A stretch of DNA of 64,000 nt from Gammaproteobacteria bacterium (GCA_009692305.1 SHZK01000004.1:128738-192737), one strand, 5' to 3'; numbered from the stretch's first letter, positions 10,986 to 24,004 are shown. Notes: generated by a model not told the origin, from the letters alone. Numbers and translations are program-made.

Positions 10986-11558
10986 TTATTTGGAAACGCG
11001 ATTCTGGTAATCACGACTGCGTGTATCCACGCGTACTACATCGCCAATATTAATGAACAGGGGTACTTTTACCACGGCACCTGAACTCAATTTTGCCGGT
11101 TTGGTGCCACCCTGCGCGGTATCGCCTTTTACGCCAGGATCTGTCTCTACAACTTCCAGTTCGATAAAGTTTGGCGGAGTGACGGTGAGGGGCGCTTCAT
11201 TCCATTGCACAACTATGTAAATGGCTTGTTCCTTCAACCAGTCTTTCGAATCAGAAATGGCGGCGGCATCGGCGGCGACCTGTTCATAGCTGCCATCAGT
11301 TTTCATGAAGTGCCAGAACTCACCATCTGTATACAGATATTCCATATTGCCTTCGGAGACATCGGCAGCGTCTACCGTATCACCGGACTTGATCGTGCGC
11401 TCCAGTACCCTACCGTTCTTCAGGTTGCGAAATTTGACCCGGTTAAAGGCCTGGCCCTTGCCTGGTTTGACAATTTCATTTTCCAGAATGGAATACGGGT
11501 CGCCATCGAGCAGTACTTTTAGTCCGGCCTTAAATACGGTTGTGGAATAACTTGCCAT
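10986..11558 (-). CDS. efp: Elongation factor P
   Basis: [46 protein letters not shown]. The KPGKGQA loop carries the modified Lys. GAGG lies 5 nt before the ATG at 11558. Confidence 0.95.
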   Translation of the reverse strand: MASYSTTVFKAGLKVLLDGDPYSILENEIVKPGKGQAFNRVKFRNLKNGRVLERTIKSGDTVDAADVSEGNMEYLYTDGEFWHFMKTDGSYEQVAADAAAISDSKDWLKEQAIYIVVQWNEAPLTVTPPNFIELEVVETDPGVKGDTAQGGTKPAKLSSGAVVKVPLFINIGDVVRVDTRSRDYQNRVSK

Positions 11559-11670
11559 CACTGCCTCTCAAAATTATTTATACCAATGTTTGCCGGTGGC
11601 AATTGTTGTTATGCTTTGCCTGCGCGCATAAACCTGATCAATTCAACTCTCAAGATAACCAAGCCATTTA

Positions 11671-12687
11671 ATGACTATACCAGCATTAGCAATTATTGAA
11701 TCGGACCGGCCGGAAAAATGGCAACAGATATTATCCGATCTCATTACAGATCCAAAGGAATTACTACAGATTCTGCAGCTGGATCCGGCGGCATACCCCG
11801 GCAGTCAGCAGGCGCTGACACAGTTTCCGCTCAAGGCGCCGCGACCCTTCGTGGCACGCATGCAAAAGGGTAACTGGTCCGACCCGTTGCTATTACAGGT
11901 ACTGCCTAGGCTGGCTGAAGAGATCGCCCAACCCGATCTGGTTAGGGACCCACTGGGCGAGAAACAGGCCAATCCACTGTCCGGCCTGTTGCACAAGTAT
12001 GCAGGGCGAGTGTTGCTCACCACGGTTCCACATTGCGCAATTCATTGTCGCTACTGTTTCCGCCGCCACTTTGCCTATGCCGACAATGCGCCCAGTCGCA
12101 GCGAATGGTTACAGGTGATCGACTACATTCAACGCGACAGTTCCATCGCTGAGGTCATTCTCAGTGGCGGCGATCCCTTAGCGGCATCGGACCGACAGCT
12201 GCAATGGCTGATTACTCATATCAGTGCGATCCCCCACGTCACCAGCCTGCGCTTGCATACGCGCCTGCCGGTGGTCATACCTCAGCGTGTAACTACCAGT
12301 TTATTGCGAGTATTGCGCAGCAGTGGCCTCAAGGTCGTGATGGTGATCCATTGCAATCATGCCAATGAGCTGGATGCGGAGGTTGGGGACAGTTTGAGCA
12401 TGTTCGCCGACAATGGCTTTACTTTATTGAACCAATCCGTACTTTTAAGAGATGTTAACGACAATCTCCCGGCTCTGATCGATCTCAGCAAGGCGCTTTT
12501 TCAGCGCCATGTACTACCTTATTACCTGCACCTGCCAGACAAGGTCGCAGGCACCGCCCATTTCCAGGTTACCACGGCCAAGGGGCGCGCTCTGATCAGG
12601 CAAATGCAGCAGCAGCTTCCCGGCTATCTGGTGCCACACCTGGTGCGCGAACAGGCCGGCGCGGCGGCCAAGATCCGCCTCGCCTAG
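11671..12687 (+). CDS. epmB: EF-P beta-lysylation protein, lysine 2,3-aminomutase family
   Basis: Radical-SAM motif CAIHCRYCFRR, ~338 aa, divergent from efp. Confidence 0.9.
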   Translation: MTIPALAIIESDRPEKWQQILSDLITDPKELLQILQLDPAAYPGSQQALTQFPLKAPRPFVARMQKGNWSDPLLLQVLPRLAEEIAQPDLVRDPLGEKQANPLSGLLHKYAGRVLLTTVPHCAIHCRYCFRRHFAYADNAPSRSEWLQVIDYIQRDSSIAEVILSGGDPLAASDRQLQWLITHISAIPHVTSLRLHTRLPVVIPQRVTTSLLRVLRSSGLKVVMVIHCNHANELDAEVGDSLSMFADNGFTLLNQSVLLRDVNDNLPALIDLSKALFQRHVLPYYLHLPDKVAGTAHFQVTTAKGRALIRQMQQQLPGYLVPHLVREQAGAAAKIRLA

Positions 12688-12754
12688 TCTCGGTGGCAAG
12701 CGCAGTCAGTCGCAACGATAGTTGCAATAGCATTCGTGTAATGGGAGTCACGCC

Positions 12755-14111
12755 ATGGATGGTCCTCCTGACCCAAGCAGCTTTGCCAATGGCCCCGGCA
12801 TTGCCCAGGCTAGTGCCGGGTCAGCTATGGCCGGACCTGGGCTACAAAAAGACCCATTGACCGGCCTGTTCCAGCAAGACTATCTGATGCACGAACTTGA
12901 CGCGTTGCTGCGCAAACAGCAGCAAGCACTGGTTGAGGCCACTCTGGCCTTGCTGCAACTGGAGAATTTCTACGAAATCAGGCGCTGGGTGGGTAAGCCA
13001 GAGGCCAATCTCCTGCTCAGTGATATCGCGCGCTTATTGCCCCAATCCCTGCCCCGGTCGCTGCTGCTATGCCATTGTGCGCACTATGAATTCGCGGCCT
13101 TGTTCACGGCTGAGAGCAGCCTGCATGCACAGCTGCTGCTGCAACGGGTCAAACAAGCCATGCTGAGTGCGGTGTCGGATTCCATCCCCCCCGCAATTGG
13201 AGCTCCGGTGTGGCGTTGGACTGGTACCACTGGGACCGGCGATTCCCTCAGCGGAGGTAATGTTCGCGCGGGCTCGTCACAATCTTAGCCTCGCCTTGTC
13301 ACGCCAGCGCCACAGCGGCACGCTTGATTCAGGCCATGGCGCAGCCGTCGCCATGCCGTTGGCGCAACTGCTGCGGGTATTGCGTGATGACAAATTGCAG
13401 CTGAGTTTTCAGGCTTTGGTGAGCCTGCTGCCCGATGGACTGCGCCACTTCGAAGTACGCTGCCACACACCAGGTGACGAGTTATCGCCAGCGCCAGCCG
13501 CATTGTTTGAGTGTGCCAACCAGAATGCGCTCGGCGAGCACATCGATCGTTGGGTGCTTACCCGCTGTATGTAGGAGCTGCGCCATCCCGCTGCGCTGGA
13601 TTTGCGATTGACGGTAACGCTTACCTTGAACACGCTGGTCAGCACTCATTTCTTAGGCTGGCTGCGTGCACAACTGACGCAGGACGCCAGTCTTGCGGCG
13701 CGACTCGTGTTCCAGATCAGTGAACCTGATCTGCTGACAGCCCAACATCACATGCAATACTTTTGTGAACAGTTACGGGAATTGCGCATCAAGTTATGTA
13801 TTTGCCAATTCGGTTGCACACCTGATCCATTACGTTACTTGCCATTGCTGCACGCCCAATTGGTGAAACTCGACGTCTCATTGCTGGAGAATATGGGTGC
13901 TGATCCAGTGCAGCGGGACCATTTGGCAGTGCTGACCGCGCGCTTGCATGACAGTGGTTTGCGGGTCAGCGCCGGCATGGTTGAGGATATGTCCCAGCTG
14001 CCATTGTTATGGGCCGCCAACATTCAATCGGTGCAGGGATTCTGTTTACACAGGCCCGGGCCAACGCTGAACTATGCGTTTCTCCACAAGCAGACGCTGG
14101 CTCTCTCCTGA
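12755..14111 (+). pseudogene. Disrupted GGDEF-EAL protein gene with both domains catalytically degenerate (FimX-like receptor type)
   Basis: The GGDEF-like part is in one frame (DPLTGLF.., with the GGDEF site reading AHYEF). Homology then continues in another frame after the C7 tract at 13186-13192 (..LELRCGVGLVPLGPAIPSAEVMFARARHNL). The EAL-like part (FQALV..HFEVRC..TLNTLVS..QISE..CQFG..KLD..VQGF) is interrupted by an in-frame TAG at 13572-13574. Confidence 0.7.
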
Positions 14112-14235
14112 CGGGATTGTCCGCTACACACAAACTGATTGGGGAAGTGGCGCGTGCCTGCTATCCTTGCGCCGTGGTTATTGACACGAGAACAAAACCC
14201 AAAAAACCGAAGTCAGTCCAATATTCCATTGAAGA

Positions 14236-15660
14236 GTGGTAACTTTGCCAGCAGATAAAACCGCGGCCAAACCTGCGTCGAAGGCGGCTACCAAAGCCGG
14301 ACCAAAGCATTCCCAGATTTCCAGAAAGTTTTCAGTAGCAGTCTGCCTGCTGATCTTGCTGACTATGTGTGTTTTCTGGTTGCTGACCAACTACAACACA
14401 CAAAATCTGTTGCGACAGCAGGCTGATCGACTGGGACAAACCCTCGCCCAACAAACCGCAATTCAGCTCACTGAATTGGTTTTGGCCAATGACCTAATCA
14501 GCATGAATGTCGTACTCAGCAGTCTGACGCGGGATTCCTCGATTGCGGAAGTGCGGGTATTAAGTGTCTCCAATGAAGTTATCGCGGCAGCGACCGGCAC
14601 ACCGGCAAACATAAACACGTTTATGCCATTGCCAATTCCCCTGACTCGGCTGCAAGCACAATATCAGGCACCTATAAACCTCGTCGATTCCATCGCCGGG
14701 TTTGTGCAAATACGCCTCGATCTCAGCTACATAGAAGCGACTTTGGTAAATAACCTGCTGTTTGTCATTGCCGCCACAATCCTGTTGATGATCGTGGCGA
14801 TGGCCTTGATTACTACTTACTTTCAATACAACGTCAGTTTTCCGGCCAACCTGCTTGCCTTCGCTATCAGCAATATTCGTAAAGGCGAAATTGAAACTTG
14901 CCCCGAGCCAGACAACAACAACGAAATCAGTGCGGCCATTCGCCAGTTCAATGCGACCGCGGAATTTCTTGCCCAAAATACTTTTCTCGACAACTTCGGC
15001 CGAGGTCGACCCGTCGCTGACGCGCAAGCCGCAAAATTTGTTCCCGGCACACAAGATTCAACATTGCTTTGCGTGCGAATCTCTAACTTTTATTATTTGG
15101 CATCTACTTTAGATGAAACCCTGATAGTGAATCTGCTGAACAAATTCAATTTCCTCATGGGAAAGGTAAGTCAGCTATACAGTGGCACAGTGAGTTATTG
15201 TGCCGAGGGTGAACTCATCATTAATTTCGCTGAAGAACAGCTGGAAGAAGAACAGGCGTTTTATGCCATTTGTGCCGGACAGTTGATGCTGCAACTATTG
15301 GGAGATCTGGCCGATGTGAGCGACGAACACATACCGCTCAAGCTGAAAATTTCCGCGCATAGCGGGCAGATGATAAGTGGCTTGTATTCGGCGGTCACCC
15401 AGGACACCACCAACCTCACTGGCAAGACACTGGATCTGACTCGTCAGATCTGTGCCGAGTGTCCCGATAACAGTTTGTTGGTCAGCGCGACTGCATTTAC
15501 CCATGCTGGCGCGGGTACGCGTGTGGATGCTGAAGAATTCTGCGAAGTGGATGACAGCGGCATACCGCTGAAAATTTATCTCGCGCAGGCACCCATGTAC
15601 GACCATGGCTTGTTGCTGGAACGGCAGGCCATTCAGCTTGTTACGTTGTACGCGGCATAG
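14236..15660 (+). CDS. Membrane protein with two TM segments, a HAMP-like linker and a class III nucleotidyl-cyclase-like domain (probably degenerate)
   Basis: TM segments FSVAVCLLILLTMCVFWLL and LLFVIAATILLMIVAMALI. HAMP-like PANLLAFAISNIRKGEIE..NEISAAIRQFNATAEFL. The C-terminal region is laid out like a cyclase homology domain (LLCVRISNFYYLAS..YCAEGELIINF..LKISAHSGQMISG), but the first metal-binding Asp position is not Asp. Domain calls made by eye. Confidence 0.5.
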   Translation: MVTLPADKTAAKPASKAATKAGPKHSQISRKFSVAVCLLILLTMCVFWLLTNYNTQNLLRQQADRLGQTLAQQTAIQLTELVLANDLISMNVVLSSLTRDSSIAEVRVLSVSNEVIAAATGTPANINTFMPLPIPLTRLQAQYQAPINLVDSIAGFVQIRLDLSYIEATLVNNLLFVIAATILLMIVAMALITTYFQYNVSFPANLLAFAISNIRKGEIETCPEPDNNNEISAAIRQFNATAEFLAQNTFLDNFGRGRPVADAQAAKFVPGTQDSTLLCVRISNFYYLASTLDETLIVNLLNKFNFLMGKVSQLYSGTVSYCAEGELIINFAEEQLEEEQAFYAICAGQLMLQLLGDLADVSDEHIPLKLKISAHSGQMISGLYSAVTQDTTNLTGKTLDLTRQICAECPDNSLLVSATAFTHAGAGTRVDAEEFCEVDDSGIPLKIYLAQAPMYDHGLLLERQAIQLVTLYAA

Positions 15661-15720
15661 AGCACACAGACTAGAGTATGCAGATTCGAGCCCGCAGAAT
15701 AGCGCACCTCAAGCAGGGCG

Positions 15721-18000
15721 CTATTCCGTCGCTACGGAGTCGCCACCTTTCGTAATCCGTTCAATGCGATCCACATTCTGGAATCCTCGCGGCAGCTTGT
15801 TGCCCCTGCGCCCACGCTCGCCAAAATAGTGTTGCAGATCGGCGGGCTTCAGGTTGTGATGACGACGACCGGCATGCACAATCAGGCCATCTTCAGTGCT
15901 GAGCACCATGATGGCCACGACAAACTCGATGCGATCGGCGACGCGCCCACTGGGTATGCCAATAATCTTGTTGCCCTTGCCTTTTGCCAGCCTCGGCAAT
16001 TGATTGAGGGGGAACATCAGCATTCTCCCTTCATTGGTGACTGCCAGAATGAGATCTGTCTTATAGTCTTTCAACAGCAAGGTCGGTAATACCATGCTGC
16101 CTTTCGGCAATCGCAGAATACTCTTGCCGGTTTTGTTTTTACTGATCAGATCTCCGACCTTTGCCACGAAACCGTAGCCGGCGTCACTGGCAATCAGCAC
16201 GTCCCGATCTTCCTCGCCAATCACCACGCCATGGAAGGTGGCACCAGAGGGAGCGGTAACCCGGCCTGACAGTGGCTCACCCTGACCGCGGGCCGACGGC
16301 AGACCATGTGCTGGCAATGAATATGCCTTGCCAGTGGAATCCATGAATATAGCCAGTTGATTGCTCTTGCCGTGAGCGGCGAGCTTGAAACTGTCGCCTG
16401 ACTTGTATTGCAGTGAAAGCGGATCAACATCATGCCCTTTGGCGGCGCGCACCCAGCCCCGCTCGGACAACACAATCGTCACCGACTCAGTGGAAATCAG
16501 TTCAGTCTCGCTGTAGGCCTTTGCTTCCTCTCTCTGCACCAACGGCGTACGTCTGGCGTCACCAAATTTCTCGGCATCAGCCTTGATTTCGTTTTTGAGA
16601 AAAGTCTTTAACCTCGTTGCGGAGCTGAGCAGTTGTTCCAGCGTCTTGCGCTCGTCGGCCAATTCTTTCTGCTCTGCCTTGATCTTGATTTCTTCCAGCT
16701 TCGCCAACTGGCGCAATTTCAATTCCAGGATTGCTTCAGACTGGCGTTCGCTGAGCTTGAAACTCTGCATTAGCGCCAGCTTTGGCTTGTCTTCCTTCCG
16801 AATAATCTTGATCACTTCGTCTATATTCAAATAGGCGGTGAGCAATCCATCCAGGATGTGCATGCGATCCAGAATCTTGTCCAGGCGAAACTGCAGCCGG
16901 CGCCTGACTGTTGAAATACGGAACTCCACCCATTCCTTCAACAGCGAGGCAATGTCTTTTACCTGCGGTCGCTTGTTAATGCCGATCATGTTGAAATTGA
17001 CGCGATAGTTGCGCTCAAGATCGGTGGTGGAGAACAGGTGCGACATCACGCCGTCGTAGTCAATGCGATTCGAACGCGGCACTATGACGATGCGCGTCGG
17101 ATTCTCATGATCGGACTCATCGCGCAGATCCACTACCATGGGCAATTTCTTCTTCTGCATCTGTGCTGCAATCTGTTCCAGCACCTTTGCACCTGACACC
17201 TGGTAAGGCAGTGCGTTAATCACAATCTCACCGCTCTCGATGACATAGGTGGCGCGCGTTTTCAAAGAACCCCGACCAGTTTCATACAGTTCCATGATTT
17301 CATGCTTCGGCGTAATCAGTTCGGCTTCTGTCGGAAAATCCGGTCCCTTGATAATCTTGCAGATGTCCTGCACCGTAGCCTTTGGATTATCCAATACGTA
17401 AATACAGGCATCTGCCACTTCGATCAGGTTATGCGGCGGGATGTCAGTCGCCATACCCACTGCGATGCCACTGCCGCCGTTCAACAATACATTCGGCAGC
17501 CTTGCCGGCAGAATCTCGGGTTCATCCAGAGTGCCATCAAAGTTGGGCTTCCACTCCACTGTGCCCTGCTCCAGCTCTGCCAACAGTACATCGGCGTAGC
17601 CCTGCAAACGCGATTCGGTATAACGCATGGCGGCGAAAGACTTGGGGTCATCCTGTGAACCCCAGTTGCCTTGACCATCCACCAGTGGATAACGATAGGT
17701 AAACGGCTGCGCCATCAACACCATCGCCTCGTAACAAGCCGAATCACCATGGGGGTGAAACTTGCCTATGACGTCACCAATGGTGCGTGCTGATTTCTTG
17801 AATTTCGCCGAGGACTTCAGACCGAGTTCAGACATCGCATAGACGATACGGCGCTGCACTGGTTTCAAACCATCGCACAGATTGGGCAGTGCGCGATCGT
17901 TGATCACATACATGGAGTAATTCAAATAGGCATGTTGCGTGTAATCCTTAAGCGCTATTTGTTCGACGCCGTCTTCGTTTATGGTGATGTCCTGATTCAT
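15721..18000 (-). CDS. parC: DNA topoisomerase IV subunit A
   Basis: 759 aa. [29 protein letters not shown] and active-site AAMRYTE. Sits next to parE in the conserved cluster. Confidence 0.95.
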   Translation of the reverse strand: MNQDITINEDGVEQIALKDYTQHAYLNYSMYVINDRALPNLCDGLKPVQRRIVYAMSELGLKSSAKFKKSARTIGDVIGKFHPHGDSACYEAMVLMAQPFTYRYPLVDGQGNWGSQDDPKSFAAMRYTESRLQGYADVLLAELEQGTVEWKPNFDGTLDEPEILPARLPNVLLNGGSGIAVGMATDIPPHNLIEVADACIYVLDNPKATVQDICKIIKGPDFPTEAELITPKHEIMELYETGRGSLKTRATYVIESGEIVINALPYQVSGAKVLEQIAAQMQKKKLPMVVDLRDESDHENPTRIVIVPRSNRIDYDGVMSHLFSTTDLERNYRVNFNMIGINKRPQVKDIASLLKEWVEFRISTVRRRLQFRLDKILDRMHILDGLLTAYLNIDEVIKIIRKEDKPKLALMQSFKLSERQSEAILELKLRQLAKLEEIKIKAEQKELADERKTLEQLLSSATRLKTFLKNEIKADAEKFGDARRTPLVQREEAKAYSETELISTESVTIVLSERGWVRAAKGHDVDPLSLQYKSGDSFKLAAHGKSNQLAIFMDSTGKAYSLPAHGLPSARGQGEPLSGRVTAPSGATFHGVVIGEEDRDVLIASDAGYGFVAKVGDLISKNKTGKSILRLPKGSMVLPTLLLKDYKTDLILAVTNEGRMLMFPLNQLPRLAKGKGNKIIGIPSGRVADRIEFVVAIMVLSTEDGLIVHAGRRHHNLKPADLQHYFGERGRRGNKLPRGFQNVDRIERITKGGDSVATE

Positions 18001-18098
18001 AGTTGTCTCAATCTATGGTCTTAATCTGTATAGTGCACCAGATTGTGCGCTCAGCAGTCGTTGCTGGAAGTTTGTTTGCAATATTAGCGTGCAGTGAT

Positions 18099-20030
<1,932 letters not shown>

Positions 20031-20085
20031 TCAAAACAGAACGTGGTGCAAGAAACCGCAAGTGATCAAGGATTTATCGCGCAAT

Positions 20086-20676
20086 TCAGGGGATTCTTGA
20101 TAGCAGGAAACTGAAGACCGCCGGCAAATCTGCGGCATAATTCTCATAACTGTGACTGCCGCCGGTATGCACTATCTGCGATGCTTCGGCAAATTTGCGC
20201 ACGGCGTTGCGATAGTCCAGTGTCTCATCACCCTGCCCCACCAACAACAGGAAATTTTCCGGATTGGTCAGCAGCGCGATATCCAGATTTTGCAACTCTT
20301 CAATATGGGTACGGGTTACCGTGTGTATCGTATTCGAGTAAAAATTCTTATGGTTTCCCAGATATTCCTGCCAGCGCTCGAATGGACCCACTGCAGGATT
20401 GACCAGTGCCGCAGGTACACCATAATGCTGGGCAAGGGTAGTCGCATAATAACCACCGAGTGAGCTACCGATAAGAATTACATTATTGCCACTCTCCGCC
20501 ACCATGATGGAGTGCAGCTGCGCGATGGCAGCAGCGGGTCCCCAATGCAAAGTGGGAACGAGTACCCGGTCAACGCAACCGGTTCGCAGACAATACTCTT
20601 GCGTAAGTTGCGCCTTATGGGATTGCGGTGAGCTGAGAAAACCGTGCAAGTACAGCAGATTTGTTGAGCGTGACAA
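20086..20676 (-). CDS. yqiA: YqiA-type esterase (alpha/beta hydrolase)
   Basis: LLYLHGFLSSPQSHKA and nucleophile elbow GSSLGG. Conserved position between parE and cpdA. Confidence 0.8.
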   Translation of the reverse strand: MSRSTNLLYLHGFLSSPQSHKAQLTQEYCLRTGCVDRVLVPTLHWGPAAAIAQLHSIMVAESGNNVILIGSSLGGYYATTLAQHYGVPAALVNPAVGPFERWQEYLGNHKNFYSNTIHTVTRTHIEELQNLDIALLTNPENFLLLVGQGDETLDYRNAVRKFAEASQIVHTGGSHSYENYAADLPAVFSFLLSRIP

Positions 20677-20685
20677 CCGAATTTC

Positions 20686-21504
20686 CTAGTAGCCTGCGCT
20701 GCCGTAGTCCGCGTCAAAGGTTGTACCCTCTACCCGCACTACTGTAGTTTCAATGCTGCCATCGGCGAACAGGCGCAGCGAACGATAGCCTGGATTCAGT
20801 CTGTCCAGTTCGAAGCCAGTGACATTGGGTTTGAATTGAATACAGGTAGATGGTGAGCAAAAGCAGCGCACGCCGGCATACATATAATCCAGTTCCTGGT
20901 GAATATGGGCATAAATCACGCACTTCACTTTTGGATACCTGGCAACTATCTGGAAAAACTGCGGGCCATTCTCCAGGCCGATATCGCGCATCCAGCGCGC
21001 TGTGCCAGGCACCGGATTGTGGTGCAGACAGACCATGCCATGTTCAACCTCAGCGGAATCCTGCATGGCCTGTAAACTGGCTTCCAGAAATTCAAGTTCA
21101 GACGGCGCCAGTTGGCCATGGACCTGATGTTTGATACTGGTGTCCAGCAGCAAAATCTGCCAATTCTGTAAAGTAATGATTTTGTCACCGATGGCAGTGC
21201 CAGCAGCGACGCGCTGCATAGTCTGCACGATGTCATGATTGCCAGGAATCCAGCGAAATGGAATGTTTAGCTTGTTGATTGTGGCTATGAAACTTTCGTA
21301 AGCGGATTCGGTGGCGTCTTGCGCGATATCGCCGGTGGCCAGAATCAAGTCGATATCTTGTTCAGTTTCCTGCATAACTTGAATAACCTTGTCGAGGCTA
21401 TTCTTGGTATTCATCTTTAACAAAGTTCCATAGGGGACGCCATACAGATGCGTGTCTGTAATTTGGATGACGTTAATGGATTTCTTGGTAGTCATTGCTT
21501 TCAT
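20686..21504 (-). CDS. cpdA: 3',5'-cyclic-AMP phosphodiesterase
   Basis: Metallophosphoesterase motifs IQITDTHL, TGDIAQD, GNHD, LHHNP. Conserved cluster position. Confidence 0.85.
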   Translation of the reverse strand: MKAMTTKKSINVIQITDTHLYGVPYGTLLKMNTKNSLDKVIQVMQETEQDIDLILATGDIAQDATESAYESFIATINKLNIPFRWIPGNHDIVQTMQRVAAGTAIGDKIITLQNWQILLLDTSIKHQVHGQLAPSELEFLEASLQAMQDSAEVEHGMVCLHHNPVPGTARWMRDIGLENGPQFFQIVARYPKVKCVIYAHIHQELDYMYAGVRCFCSPSTCIQFKPNVTGFELDRLNPGYRSLRLFADGSIETTVVRVEGTTFDADYGSAGY

Positions 21505-21524
21505 GACTTCTATGCAGATTCTGG

Positions 21525-22106
21525 TTAACTGTTAAGTAATATATCTGGCTCTTGCAAACTTCTGCCTACTTTCAGACAGTGAGTTAGCCATTCGCCCAGA
21601 AATTGGTTTACCTGCATTTTTTCATCAGCGTGATACATCATCGGATTCGGTTGAGGGTATCGAGCTTGCAAATGTCGATGGCCCTGGTACGAGACTACTT
21701 CCGCAGTACTGGCGTCATGATAAACACGAACGAGCATGGATGGATTGGTCATCCACTGCCGAAACTCCGGCTTTTGAACTATCTCAAGTGTCGTCGTATA
21801 TTTAAATGCTTCGAGAATTTTAATCATCACAGTAACTTTTTCATCATCACTGGACCGCTCTGCGATGCAGAACTCTGTAGAAATGCCCTCCAGAAATTTT
21901 TCAGGCTCTGTGGTTTGTGCACAGTAGTCGATCTCAAATTCATCATTGTCGGCAGCACAAAGAATTGCATATTCGAGAAAGGACTTGTCTTTGTATGCCT
22001 GTAGTTGGGGCACAAGTCTGAGCAGGCGAATATAGTTAGCATCGCACTCAGCCATCTGCTTGATCAGGTCAATACTGTAGTTGCCTCTGGCCATGTTCTC
22101 TATCAA
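21525..22106 (-). CDS. DUF1249 (YqiB-like) protein
   Basis: About 190 aa between cpdA and nudF, as in E. coli and Pseudomonas. Contains ECDANYIRLLRLVPQL. The start could be the internal Met at 22092. Confidence 0.7.
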   Translation of the reverse strand: MIENMARGNYSIDLIKQMAECDANYIRLLRLVPQLQAYKDKSFLEYAILCAADNDEFEIDYCAQTTEPEKFLEGISTEFCIAERSSDDEKVTVMIKILEAFKYTTTLEIVQKPEFRQWMTNPSMLVRVYHDASTAEVVSYQGHRHLQARYPQPNPMMYHADEKMQVNQFLGEWLTHCLKVGRSLQEPDILLNS

Positions 22107-22313
22107 TTACTCTATCAGTCGGTCTTTATATACAGCTTATCGGCCCGACCTTGATCAAACCGACCCGATTTGGGGGAATCGGATTCACCTGAATTGGGCG
22201 CAGACCGGGCTCACGCCGTGGGTCGGCAATTGTAACCAATTGGCGCATTATTGCGAGCTTATAGCCGAACTATTTAACTTTGCGGGGGCCGTCTGATTAG
22301 TGCCAGGGATGAT

Positions 22314-22934
22314 TCATTGCCAGGCTTGCAGTACCGCAGGTTTGTGCAACTGCAACCACTGTATGGCGATAATGGTCATGGCGTTGTTTATTTCCCCGGC
22401 GGCAATGGCCTGTACAACGGTAGCCATGTCCAGCACAACCACTGCTATATCCTCGTGCTCCGCGGCGAGGCCGTGGATGCCTCCAGCAGAAACGGCATCA
22501 ACCCGACCGCAGTACAGAGTCAGTTTCTCGTTACTGGTGCCTGGGCTGTTCAGATAGTCGCAGATCCTGATCAGATGGTCCGGGATGCAATTCGACTCTT
22601 CCATGGCTTCCCGAATCGCAACTTGTTCCGCGTCCTCATCCGGGCCGACCATTCCCGCCACCAGTTCCAGTAACCATGGACTATTGGCATAACTCAACGC
22701 GCCAATGCGAAATTGTCTTACCAGGACGACTTGGTCCCTGCATGGATCGAACAGCAACACGCCCACCGCCTGAGTCTTGCTTAGCAGTTCGCGCCGCATT
22801 GGCGTACTCCAGCCACCGGCATACAACTGATGGCGCAGTTCTATCTCTTCAAGTTTGAGAAAGCCGCTGTGCAGCGTTTTGGTAGCAAGTACTTCAACGT
22901 CAATGTGTCCAAACAACTTTTGGGAATCGCTCAT
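22314..22934 (-). CDS. nudF: ADP-ribose pyrophosphatase (Nudix)
   Basis: 206 aa. Nudix box ELVAGMVGPDEDAEQVAIREAMEESN. Conserved cluster position. Confidence 0.85.
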   Translation of the reverse strand: MSDSQKLFGHIDVEVLATKTLHSGFLKLEEIELRHQLYAGGWSTPMRRELLSKTQAVGVLLFDPCRDQVVLVRQFRIGALSYANSPWLLELVAGMVGPDEDAEQVAIREAMEESNCIPDHLIRICDYLNSPGTSNEKLTLYCGRVDAVSAGGIHGLAAEHEDIAVVVLDMATVVQAIAAGEINNAMTIIAIQWLQLHKPAVLQAWQ

Positions 22935-23021
22935 ACTTTGACCCTGGCGGTGAAAATTTCGTCGCTCTGTTCAGTGCTGCCCGGCGCGCCATAGAACACA
23001 TGACCCGGGCATATTGAGCCC

Positions 23022-23300
23022 TTAGCTGCGGCTCGTCACTTCCAGCAAGTGATAACCGAATTGGGTTTTTACCGGGCCCTGCAGAGTATTCACGTCAGCG
23101 CTGAAAACAACGGCATCAAATTCCTTTACCATCATTCCCGGGCCGAATTGGCCAAGGTCGCCGCCCTGTGCCTTGGATAGACAACTTGAATGTGCACGAG
23201 CGACTGCAGCGAAGTCTGCACCTGCATTTATTTTGTCACGTAATTGCAGACACTCGGCTTCGGTTTTAACCAGTATGTGTCGCGCAGTGGCGGTAGTCAT
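23022..23300 (-). CDS. ppiC: Parvulin-type peptidyl-prolyl cis-trans isomerase C
   Basis: The product from the internal ATG, MTTATARHILVKTEAECLQLRDKINAGADFAAVARAHSSC..GGDLGQFGPGMMVKEFD..FGYHLLEV, is 92 aa and collinear with E. coli PpiC. The upstream extension in the ORF track is not supported. Confidence 0.9.
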   Translation of the reverse strand: MTTATARHILVKTEAECLQLRDKINAGADFAAVARAHSSCLSKAQGGDLGQFGPGMMVKEFDAVVFSADVNTLQGPVKTQFGYHLLEVTSRS

Positions 23301-23416
23301 GAACTGAATCCTCATAAAATTAATCAAAATGAATCGCCCATTATGCCTTATACAATTTAACCCGCCCACTTTTAATAAGAGCTGAGTTATAATGCGCGCC
23401 TAATCAGGGTACCAGC

Positions 23417-24004
23417 ATGCCATTGCCAGAATCCACTCCCAGAAAACACGTACACACGCGAGCTATTACTTATTGTGGCTTTGAGCGCGAGGACGGTATG
23501 TGGGATATCGAAGCACATATGACTGATACGAAGACATATGCCTTCAGGAATAATTGGCGTGGTGAGGTAAAGATTGGAGAGCCGCTACACGAAATGCTGT
23601 TGCGCGTTACCATTGATGACAGCTTCACCATTCATGATGTTATCGCCGCTACAGACAATAGTCCGTTTGCAATGTGTCCCGCCATCACGCCCAACTACAA
23701 GACCTTGGTTGGCATCCAGATGGGCGCTGGGTGGCGCAAGGCAATCAGACAGAAAGTCGGTGGCGTGCATGGCTGCACGCATCTAACCGAACTCCTGTTC
23801 CCGATGGCTACAGTGGCCATGCAAACCATCTGGCCCCTGCTCCGGCATCGAAAGAACAAAGTTGATTCTGCTGTGGAAAAATCTGACCGGCGACCATTGG
23901 TACTCGACACTTGTCACGCCTGGTCTTCCGATTCTCCCGTGGTAAAAGTGAATGCACCGCAATATTACACCGGCCCCGACACTACCGATAAAACAGCGGT
24001 ATAA
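23417..24004 (+). CDS. DUF2889 family protein
   Basis: 195 aa. HVHTRAITYCGFEREDGMWDIEAHMTD.. and GGVHGCTHLTELLFPMA match my recollection of DUF2889. The 3' end overlaps the convergent kinase gene by 23 nt. Confidence 0.6.
   Translation: MPLPESTPRKHVHTRAITYCGFEREDGMWDIEAHMTDTKTYAFRNNWRGEVKIGEPLHEMLLRVTIDDSFTIHDVIAATDNSPFAMCPAITPNYKTLVGIQMGAGWRKAIRQKVGGVHGCTHLTELLFPMATVAMQTIWPLLRHRKNKVDSAVEKSDRRPLVLDTCHAWSSDSPVVKVNAPQYYTGPDTTDKTAV

Noticed and set aside
15697-15726. 9-bp-stem hairpin (gaatagcgc..gcgctattc) between convergent genes, considered as a terminator
   Set aside because: There is no T-run on either strand and the right arm lies inside the parC stop region. That is not enough evidence to call a terminator.
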